A stretch of 64,000 nt of DNA from Bdellovibrionales bacterium (GTDB lineage Bacteria > Bdellovibrionota > Bdellovibrionia > Bdellovibrionales > UBA1609), in assembly GCA_965247685.1 (NCBI GenBank), contig OZ252021.1, forward strand, positions 1,202,082-1,266,081, in the 5' to 3' direction. A model generated the notes under the pieces. The model was not told where the DNA came from. It did no database searches and saw only the letters and a program-made list of their open reading frames with translations. The stretch's first letter is position 1. Each line of letters opens with the position of its first letter. The position numbers and the translations under genes are program-made. Below, one piece after another: positions 56,737 to 64,000 of the stretch.

Positions 56737-57543
56737 ATGAAAACCTATACTCAAAAAAAACTTCAGAATAAAAAAAAATCTCAGAGCTCCGTTTCTTCAA
56801 GAAAGAAAAACTTAAAACCTGAAAATAAAATACGACTGAATCATTTTATTGCTAAGTACACAAACTTCTCTCGAAGACAAGCGGATCAACTTATCAAAAA
56901 TAATAAAATCCGTGTGAACAGTCATAAAGTTCAATCCCTGTCCACCCTTGTAGAAGTTCACAAAGATCAAGTAAAAGTGAACACCAAAATGGTTCGTCCT
57001 TTTACTCAACCTATTTATATCGCCTTTCATAAACCTGAAAAAACTCTCACCACCACAGATGATCCTAAAAATAGAATGACTATCTTTCATTACTTTAGAA
57101 GGTTAAAAGTAAAAGTGTTTGCGGTGGGTCGATTGGATTGGAATACTGAAGGGCTCATTCTTTTAACTAACGACGGAGATCTCGCACACCGAGTGATGAT
57201 GCCTCAATTTAAAATTCCAAAAACTTATATCGCTCAACTCAATAATAAAATTAAAGAAAGTCAAATTCAAAAACTCAAAAGAGGCGTAAGCATACCAAAA
57301 GGCGGACGTGTCAAAGCTTTATCTCTTCATCCTCGATCTGGAACATGGGTAAAAATTGTAATCACAGAAGGAAAAAATAAACAACTTCACTATATGTTCG
57401 AAAAAGTGGGGCTCAGTATAAAAAGACTTAAACGAACAGCTCTTGGAGGGCTAGCACTCGGCTCGCTGAAAAAAGGAGAAGCAAAATACTTAACAAATAA
57501 AGAAATCGAGAAAGTTTTTAATCTACCGAAAAGATCTTTTTAA
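56737..57543 (+). CDS. rluB: pseudouridine synthase, RsuA/RluB family
   Basis: N-terminal Lys-rich tail, S4 domain (RLNHFIAKYTNFSRRQADQLI) and catalytic motif VGRLDWNTEGLILLTNDGDL. Confidence 0.85.
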   Translation: MKTYTQKKLQNKKKSQSSVSSRKKNLKPENKIRLNHFIAKYTNFSRRQADQLIKNNKIRVNSHKVQSLSTLVEVHKDQVKVNTKMVRPFTQPIYIAFHKPEKTLTTTDDPKNRMTIFHYFRRLKVKVFAVGRLDWNTEGLILLTNDGDLAHRVMMPQFKIPKTYIAQLNNKIKESQIQKLKRGVSIPKGGRVKALSLHPRSGTWVKIVITEGKNKQLHYMFEKVGLSIKRLKRTALGGLALGSLKKGEAKYLTNKEIEKVFNLPKRSF

Positions 57544-57972
57544 ATGTCTCTCCATTTCTCTTTTTTGACTTTTCTTTTTCGATGATTCTCTTTTGTCCCA
57601 CTTCTTTTTCCCTTGAGCAATAGCAATTTCTAATTTTGCTTTACCTTTTTTTAAATATATTTTTACAGGAATACAAGTGAGTCCTTTTTTTTGCAAAGCT
57701 CCTTGAATTTTATTAATTTCATGAACATTCAAAAGAAGTTTACGAAGCCGCTCCGGATGATGATTATTAATATTCGCCGGCCGATAAGGACTAATGTGCG
57801 CCTTTTGCAGATAACACTCATTTTTTCTCAAAGCGATATAGGAATCCTTCAACTGACATCCTCCCTCACGAAGAGATTTAATTTCAGTTCCTTTAAGGAC
57901 TAAACCCGCTTCAAACTTATCAACAAGTGTATACTCAAATCGAGCTTTTTTATTTACAGCCAACACTTTCAA
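57523..57972 (-). CDS. smpB: SsrA-binding protein
   Basis: NKKARFEYTLVDKFEAGLVLKGTEIKSLR signature. TTG start with AAGGAG 9 nt upstream. Basic C-terminal tail. 21-nt convergent overlap with rluB. Confidence 0.9.
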   Translation of the reverse strand: MKVLAVNKKARFEYTLVDKFEAGLVLKGTEIKSLREGGCQLKDSYIALRKNECYLQKAHISPYRPANINNHHPERLRKLLLNVHEINKIQGALQKKGLTCIPVKIYLKKGKAKLEIAIAQGKKKWDKRESSKKKSQKREMERHLKRSFR

Positions 57973-58085
57973 TTTCTTATTCTCCTTACATATTCTTATT
58001 AGACTTATCGGTAGATCAAAAAAAAATATGTTGAAAGATTTTATAACTATGATAGAGTCCCTTTTTATTCAAAACAAGAATAACT

Positions 58086-60785
58086 ATGAAGAAATATCCT
58101 ATTCACCTCCCTCAAACATCATTTCCTATGAGAGGTCAATTGCTTCAAAAGGAACCTGAGTATATTCAATTCTGGCAAAAAGAGTCTATACACGATAAAG
58201 TTCAGAAAAAATATAAAGGCAACACTCCTTTAAATTTCATTGATGGCCCTCCTTATGCGAACGGACGCATCCACCTTGGCACTGCTTTAAATAAACTTCT
58301 AAAAGATATGCTCATGAAACAAGCGTGGCTTTTTGGACGACCCTGCGCTTTTACTCCTATATGGGATTGCCACGGTCTTCCGATTGAATTGAGGGCGTTG
58401 AAAAAAACAAAAAGCCGTGAACCCCAAGAAGTTCGAAAAACTTGCCGTAATGAAGCTCAAAAGTGGATTCAAATTCAAGAAGAGCAATTTCAAAGACTGG
58501 GGGTCATTGCAGATTGGAAAAATAAAATTCTCACAATGAATGCCTACTATGAAGCTGAAGAAATTCGAGTCATAGCTCGATTAAACGACAAAAAACTTCT
58601 TTATAGAGGAAAAAGACCTATTCATTGGTGCATGAAACTTCAAACGGCTGTCGCTATATCTGAAGTGGAGTATTATCCTCGTAAAAGCCCTGCAGTGGAT
58701 GTGAAATTTGAAGTTTTAAATTCTCAACCTAAAAATAAAACTGTACTTCCCCCTTCTACTTCCTTTGTCATCTGGACCACTACACCTTGGACTCTTCCAG
58801 CAAACCAAGCGATTTGTCTTCACCCCGAAATGGATTATGGTTTATATGAATCCGGCAAAGAGCATTTGATTATTGCATCTTATTTTCATAAAGCTTTTCA
58901 AAAAAGATGCACTTTAAAACTTAAACTTAAGAAACAATTTAAAGGACAAGACTTTGAGTTTTTAATGTACAAACATCCTTTTTACGAAAGAATTTCACCT
59001 GTGATTTTAGGAACTCATGTCACTCAAGAAGCAGGAACAGGTTGTGTGCATACAGCTCCAGGACACGGTGCTGAAGACTTTATTATTGGAAAAAAATATA
59101 ACATCCCCGCCACTTGTCCTGTCGATAAAAAAGGACAGTTCACGAATGAAGTTCCAGAATACGAAGGACAAAATGTTTTAAAGTGCAACGAACTTATTGT
59201 TGAAAGGCTTAAGAAATCTTCACATTTTTTACACGAAGAAGAAATCGAGCACAGCTATCCCCACAATCCACGATCTAAAACCCCTCTCATTTTCCGATTA
59301 ACTGATCAGTGGTTTTTAAAATTTGACCACCCTTCACTTCCTATTCGTGAAACAGCTCTTAAAGAAATTCAAAAAATAAAATTCATTCCAGCTTGGAGTC
59401 AAAATAGATTAAAAGCTATGATTCAAGAAAGCCCCGACTGGTGTCTCAGCCGCCAGAGAATGTGGGGAGTTCCTATCCCCGTTTTCTACTGCAAAAAATG
59501 CTCCCAACCATGGCTGAACTCTTCTTTTATGAATGATCTTGCAGACTCTATGGAAAATGAAGGTATCGAGTATTATTTTTCTAGAAGCGTGGAAGAACTG
59601 ATCCCCTCTGGGACTCAATGTGAAAAGTGCTCCAGTAAAGAATGGAGCAAAGGAGAAGATATATTGGATGTGTGGCTGGATAGTGGTATTTGCCATACAG
59701 TCATACAAAAGTTAAAAAATATCTTTCCTGCAGATATTTATTTTGAAGGAAGCGATCAACATCGTGGTTGGTTTCAAACAAGCCTTAATTCTTCCATTGC
59801 TCTTCATCAAAAAAGCCCCTTTAAAACACTTATTACCCATGGTTTTCTTTATGACATAGAGAAAAGAAAAATGAGTAAAAGTTTAGGAAATATTATTTCT
59901 CCAGAAGAAATTATTAAACAACATGGAGCTGAGATTTTAAGGATTTGGGCGGCCAGCTGTGATTACACTCAAGATATAAGCAGTGGTGAGGAAGTGTTCA
60001 GTCGAATCAAAGAAACTTATAGAAGGCTTAGAAATACAGTACGTTTTCTTATTGGAAATTTACACGACTTTGATCCTCAAAAAAATAACATTCCTATCAA
60101 TGAAATGAAAGAAGTGGATCAATGGGTGTTAAGCCAACTTCACGAACTTTCTGATAATATTTTAAACCATTATCAAAACTTTGAGTTTCACAAAGTTTAT
60201 CAACAACTCAATCATTTTTTCACAGTCACTCTTTCTTCTTTTTATCTCGATATTATTAAAGACAGACTCTATACTTTTAAGGCTGATGGAATAGAGAGAA
60301 GATCGACTCAAACAGCCCTTTACCATCTTCTGAAAAATTTACTTACTCTCATGTCTCCTATCACAAGTTTCTTAAGTGAAGAGGCTTATAAACATCTGCC
60401 TGGTCCGAAAGAAGAAAGCATATTTCTAGATAATTTTAAAAAATTATCTTTTAAAAACAATGATTTAAATAATAAGTTTAATTTATTACTTCAAGTTAGA
60501 CAGACTGTGATGAAAGAGATTGAAATCCAAAGACAAAATAAAATCTTAGGTTCTGGATTAGAAGCCCAGATCAATTTGACCTTACCTTCGGCAACATATA
60601 ATATTCTCAAAGACTATAAGGATTTGAATGAATTCTTCATTGCTTCCCAAGTGAACTTACATCAGGGTGATGCATTAAAAATTCAAATTCAAAAGGCTTT
60701 AGGTCAAAAATGTCAGCGATGTTGGGCTTACAGCACGAATGTCAACTCAGAGGAACTTTGTTCTAAATGTGTTAAGAATATATGA
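58086..60785 (+). CDS. ileS: isoleucine--tRNA ligase
   Basis: PPYANGRIHLGTALNK (HIGH-type), KMSKS, an editing domain and a C-terminal Zn-finger CQRCW...CSKC. Confidence 0.97.
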   Translation: MKKYPIHLPQTSFPMRGQLLQKEPEYIQFWQKESIHDKVQKKYKGNTPLNFIDGPPYANGRIHLGTALNKLLKDMLMKQAWLFGRPCAFTPIWDCHGLPIELRALKKTKSREPQEVRKTCRNEAQKWIQIQEEQFQRLGVIADWKNKILTMNAYYEAEEIRVIARLNDKKLLYRGKRPIHWCMKLQTAVAISEVEYYPRKSPAVDVKFEVLNSQPKNKTVLPPSTSFVIWTTTPWTLPANQAICLHPEMDYGLYESGKEHLIIASYFHKAFQKRCTLKLKLKKQFKGQDFEFLMYKHPFYERISPVILGTHVTQEAGTGCVHTAPGHGAEDFIIGKKYNIPATCPVDKKGQFTNEVPEYEGQNVLKCNELIVERLKKSSHFLHEEEIEHSYPHNPRSKTPLIFRLTDQWFLKFDHPSLPIRETALKEIQKIKFIPAWSQNRLKAMIQESPDWCLSRQRMWGVPIPVFYCKKCSQPWLNSSFMNDLADSMENEGIEYYFSRSVEELIPSGTQCEKCSSKEWSKGEDILDVWLDSGICHTVIQKLKNIFPADIYFEGSDQHRGWFQTSLNSSIALHQKSPFKTLITHGFLYDIEKRKMSKSLGNIISPEEIIKQHGAEILRIWAASCDYTQDISSGEEVFSRIKETYRRLRNTVRFLIGNLHDFDPQKNNIPINEMKEVDQWVLSQLHELSDNILNHYQNFEFHKVYQQLNHFFTVTLSSFYLDIIKDRLYTFKADGIERRSTQTALYHLLKNLLTLMSPITSFLSEEAYKHLPGPKEESIFLDNFKKLSFKNNDLNNKFNLLLQVRQTVMKEIEIQRQNKILGSGLEAQINLTLPSATYNILKDYKDLNEFFIASQVNLHQGDALKIQIQKALGQKCQRCWAYSTNVNSEELCSKCVKNI

Positions 60786-61267
60786 AGTACTTAATTTTAT
60801 TTACATTTTCTTCAGCCATAGCAGCACTGGATCAAGCCACAAAGCTTTACATTCATACTCATTTTGTGGAGGGGGAATCGATCATAGTCATTCCTAATTA
60901 TTTCAATTTGACCTACATTAGAAATGCTGGAGGAGCTTTTGGTTTGTTTAGTGATGCTAATTCTGTTTTGCGCACTGTTTTATTTATCTTGTTTCCGATG
61001 ATCGCCTTCTTCATTATTTTTAATATTTTAAGAAAAATCAATCACAAGGAGAAAACTCCTGTGCTGGCACTCTCCTTCATTATTGGAGGGGCGATTGGAA
61101 ACCTTATCGATCGTATTCACTTTAATTACGTGATCGATTTTTTAGATTTTCACCTGCCAAATGGTTGGGTTTGGCCGACATTTAACATTGCAGATATGGC
61201 TGTTGTTATTGGTGTTACTGTAGTGGCGTGGATTCATTACAAGCATCCTGAAAAAATCCCCATGTGA
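60782..61267 (+). CDS. lspA: lipoprotein signal peptidase (signal peptidase II)
   Basis: IRNAGGAFGLF, GGAIGNLIDR and FNIADMAV motifs. 4-nt overlap with ileS. Confidence 0.9.
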   Translation: MKYLILFTFSSAIAALDQATKLYIHTHFVEGESIIVIPNYFNLTYIRNAGGAFGLFSDANSVLRTVLFILFPMIAFFIIFNILRKINHKEKTPVLALSFIIGGAIGNLIDRIHFNYVIDFLDFHLPNGWVWPTFNIADMAVVIGVTVVAWIHYKHPEKIPM

Positions 61268-61283
61268 GAAAAATATGATAATT

Positions 61284-61751
61284 TTAAGACGGTGGAGAGC
61301 GAAGTCCTTCTTTAATTTCCTGCAACTGATCTGTCAGACTCCACACTTGTTCAGAGTGTTCCGTAAGGCTTTGACATAAATCCTGTAGCTCATACTTATA
61401 TTTTCGATCCAATTGTTGATGCTGTTCTAAAAGCTCCTTTACTCGATTTGTCATAAAGCCTTCTTGATTGTTTTTGTAATTCTCAAATTCTATCTGTATA
61501 TCAGACAACTTTTTGAATATAGAATCTTCAAATTGATGTTGTTTTTTTGTTAAATGATTCAAGTCTTCCCTCACCCGATCCATCATTTGCACCAGTTTGG
61601 AGTGTAAAAAAGAAAGACCACCTTGGGCATTTTTCAATTGAAGGCGAATATCTAAAACCTCTTTTTTGAGCTCGTTCCAATCTTCCTGAGAGACTTCAAA
61701 AGAAGCGTCTAATTTTTTACCATGAAATCCGTGAGTTAATTGCCTTGCCAT
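61284..61751 (-). CDS. hypothetical coiled-coil protein
   Basis: 155-aa helical, charged ORF. No family recognised. Confidence 0.4.
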   Translation of the reverse strand: MARQLTHGFHGKKLDASFEVSQEDWNELKKEVLDIRLQLKNAQGGLSFLHSKLVQMMDRVREDLNHLTKKQHQFEDSIFKKLSDIQIEFENYKNNQEGFMTNRVKELLEQHQQLDRKYKYELQDLCQSLTEHSEQVWSLTDQLQEIKEGLRSPPS

Positions 61752-61821
61752 AAGAGTACCTTAAAAATAAGCTAGACTGAAAATCTATATCATGTTTAAA
61801 GATAAGGCTATATAAAAGCAA

Positions 61822-62790
61822 GTGGTTTATCCTCAAAAGGAGATTTCATTGGCTATATCGCTTTATAAATTCAAAGATTATTTAGAGGAACGAATCAAAT
61901 TCCCCACTGTTCAATTGATTTTCAATTATATTCAAAATTTCTACCCCTCAGAATATTCTTTCTTTGAAAATCAAATGATCACAGATTTTTATTCTTGGCT
62001 ACTCAATGAACCTCATTACCGCTCCACAGTCCAAACTTTGAGAAAAGAAATTCTCAACGAAGTGCATGCCTTTTACAGAAAAAACTTATTGGATATGGAA
62101 TTTGAACAACTTCAAAAATCTCTTTTTTCTAAAGTGATTCACGTTCATGAAAAAGAAGATGCTTTAGAAATTTTAAACCAATATTACCAAGATAAATATA
62201 AATCGGTGCGCACTCTCCATTTTGAATTGCAAAGCTCCATAGCCTTGATCATGAAATCAAATGGAGATCTTCAAACTCTCGTCCATTCTCCACTCTACAG
62301 TATCCAGCACGGCAGACTTAAACCTCTGACTCCCCTTTCTCACCTCTACTATGACCATCAAATGGAGCTTCAACTTTTAAAGATACATCGTATTGTGGGC
62401 GATAACGGCGAATGTTATCTTTTTTCCATTCAAAAACACTATACTGAACTTAAAAAAATAAACATTAAGAATTTTTCTTTGATTGAAAAAAAACATCTTT
62501 CAAACTTACAAGAAGAACCTCTGGTCTTTTTAAGATTGAAAAAAATTGAAAATAATTACATCAAAGCAAAAACTGATCCCTTCTATCAGGAACTCGTCAG
62601 CACCCTTCAAAACGGATACCAGAAGCTTTTAATTGGACACCCTGAGGCCGCCTCAACGGCAGAAAAATGTATACAAGAAGTCCGAATAGCCTTGAATAAT
62701 GTCTACCCTGATGATCGACTTCTCCTTCTTTTAACAGCCAATATCGAATATTATCTTAGAAAAAAAGAATCTTCTAAAAATTTACTTTGA
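61822..62790 (+). CDS. hypothetical protein
   Basis: 322-aa ORF from GTG 61822. The in-frame TTG at 61849 has AAGGAG 6 nt upstream and may be the true start. Confidence 0.4.
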   Translation: MVYPQKEISLAISLYKFKDYLEERIKFPTVQLIFNYIQNFYPSEYSFFENQMITDFYSWLLNEPHYRSTVQTLRKEILNEVHAFYRKNLLDMEFEQLQKSLFSKVIHVHEKEDALEILNQYYQDKYKSVRTLHFELQSSIALIMKSNGDLQTLVHSPLYSIQHGRLKPLTPLSHLYYDHQMELQLLKIHRIVGDNGECYLFSIQKHYTELKKINIKNFSLIEKKHLSNLQEEPLVFLRLKKIENNYIKAKTDPFYQELVSTLQNGYQKLLIGHPEAASTAEKCIQEVRIALNNVYPDDRLLLLLTANIEYYLRKKESSKNLL

Positions 62791-62854
62791 AAAGTATCTT
62801 CTTTTAAGATATAAAGTCCTCCTCTACATTTCAACAAAAACCAAGAAGAAAACG

Positions 62855-63286
62855 ATGGACAAAATTATTCAAGATATTACTCAAAGCAGGCACAAACCTA
62901 TCTCTCCTGTTCCTTCCACGGGTGATAAGGTGAATGTTCATATTCACATTAAGGAAGGTGGAAAAGAGCGTATTCAGATTTTCCAAGGCATTGTGATTAA
63001 AACAGAAGGTAAAAATCAATCCTTTACAGTCAGAAAAATCTCCGAAGGTGTTGGAGTGGAAAAAACTTTTCCTCTCAATAGCCCTGTTTTAGCCAAGATT
63101 GAAATCATATCTCAATCCAAAGTGCGAAGAGCAAAACTTTACTACATTCGAAAACTTCAAGGAAGAGCAAGCCGTCTGACGGCTATCTTTTCTTCTCAAC
63201 AAGAAAAAAAATCTGAAATATTCACAAAGGAGCCACCTTCAAAAGAAGCAACTCCTCAAGAAACCGAAGCTCCATCTAAAGAATAA
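62855..63286 (+). CDS. rplS: 50S ribosomal protein L19 with C-terminal extension
   Basis: GDKVNVHIHIKEGGKERIQIFQGIVI..RKIS.GVGVEKTFPL.SP core, plus a ~30-aa Ser/Glu/Lys/Pro-rich tail. Confidence 0.9.
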   Translation: MDKIIQDITQSRHKPISPVPSTGDKVNVHIHIKEGGKERIQIFQGIVIKTEGKNQSFTVRKISEGVGVEKTFPLNSPVLAKIEIISQSKVRRAKLYYIRKLQGRASRLTAIFSSQQEKKSEIFTKEPPSKEATPQETEAPSKE

Positions 63287-63594
63287 ATACGAACTTTTTC
63301 TTTCTTCACAAAAGCAATCCACAGCCGAACAGGCTTTTGACTGTACTCGCTGAACAAATGAGAAGCTTTTTCCAGCCGCATCCTTTGTGAATGACTGAGC
63401 GGAGACTCCATTCTCCAAATGTTATCCGACTTCACCTCCACGATATAATATACTCCACACTTTTTAAAAATAAGATCGACTTCTATGCCATAAAGAAAAA
63501 CATTTTGAGCCACAAACTCATACCCCAAATGTGAAAAATGTTTTAAAGCTGTCCGTTCGCAAGCCTGCCCTTTCAACTGATCTATGGATGGCAT
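63256..63594 (-). CDS. YraN-family (UPF0102) endonuclease-like protein
   Basis: GQACERTALKHFSHLGYEFVAQNVFLYGIEVDLIF...YIVEVK pattern, located downstream of rnhB. Confidence 0.75.
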   Translation of the reverse strand: MPSIDQLKGQACERTALKHFSHLGYEFVAQNVFLYGIEVDLIFKKCGVYYIVEVKSDNIWRMESPLSHSQRMRLEKASHLFSEYSQKPVRLWIAFVKKEKVRIYSLDGASVS

Positions 63595-64000
63595 AAGTAT
63601 TCCTTCACCCCTTTAAAACTAAGACGGTGAATTTTACTTGGCCCCTTCTCCTGAATCCATTTTCTATGTAAAGCTGTTCCGTAACCTTTGTTTTGACCTA
63701 AGTCATACCCAGGATACTCTTGGTCTAAACGATTCATCCACTCATCTCTAAAATGCTTGGCTACAATGGATGCCGCTGCAATAGATAAAACCAAAGAATC
63801 CCCTTTAATTATAGGTATTTGCATAAATTTATTTAAGTTAGGTATTATATGTTTTCCATCTACTAAAACACTTCCTTCAAAAAGCCCTAACTTTAAAATT
63901 GCTCTTTTCATGGCAAGAAGTGAAGCTTGTAAAATATTAATCTCATCAATTTCTTCTACAGTAGCAAATCCGATTCCACATTGATGGTTTTTTTGAATTT
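63582..64000 (-). CDS. rnhB: ribonuclease HII, C-terminal part (N-terminus beyond right edge)
   Basis: The frame stays open to the window end. EEIDEINILQASLLAMKRAI and SIAAASIVAKHFRDEWM motifs. Confidence 0.9.
   Translation of the reverse strand, partial: IQKNHQCGIGFATVEEIDEINILQASLLAMKRAILKLGLFEGSVLVDGKHIIPNLNKFMQIPIIKGDSLVLSIAAASIVAKHFRDEWMNRLDQEYPGYDLGQNKGYGTALHRKWIQEKGPSKIHRLSFKGVKEYLCHP

Noticed and set aside
57973-58085. tmRNA (ssrA) next to smpB
   Set aside because: The flanking spacers are about 110 nt or less, AT-rich and lack a tRNA-like acceptor/T-arm. No ssrA candidate was seen anywhere in the window.

Overview
A 64-kb, densely packed chromosomal window from a visibly AT-rich (about one-third G+C by eye, not computed) diderm bacterium. 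I cannot assign a taxon without a database search. About 60 protein genes and one tRNA are present. I saw no rRNA, CRISPR array, transposase, integrase or reverse transcriptase. Gene order: an MscS-family channel, then a complete colinear type II secretion cluster gspC-D-E-F-G-H-I-J-K-L-M-N (1.5-14.8 kb). Next come ssb, radA, a peroxiredoxin, tgt, gpmA, an acyl-CoA ligase, citrate synthase, carA/pyrB, lepA with two tandem lepB paralogues, an M23 lipoprotein peptidase and a TolC-like/RND efflux pair. These are followed by a class A PBP, an Nfu-type Fe-S protein, tRNA-Ser(GGA), an SNF-family Na+ symporter, rsmA, rluB, smpB, ileS-lspA, rplS, yraN and rnhB. Lineage-specific genes of unknown function are interspersed. 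They include three putative outer-membrane beta-barrels, a ~36-Cys/Gly-rich secreted protein on a locally GC-rich patch, and a 1249-aa Cys-rich protein with near-identical internal duplications and a perfect 33-bp tandem repeat. There is also a 739-aa coiled-coil protein, a secreted protein with a caspase-like His/Cys pattern plus HEAT-like repeats, and a DUF507 pair. The observations I rate highest are: (1) the tRNA-Ser 3' end plus its terminator is triplicated as a 206-bp tandem unit carrying conserved hairpins and no ORF; (2) the repeat-bearing giant gene; (3) the Cys-rich secreted protein; (4) the upstream lepB paralogue has both catalytic dyad residues substituted; (5) the SNF transporter can only start at ATT. 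No compact multi-gene system of clearly novel function (defence, toxin-antitoxin, retroelement) is supported by what I can read. All family assignments rest on motifs read by eye, not on searches.
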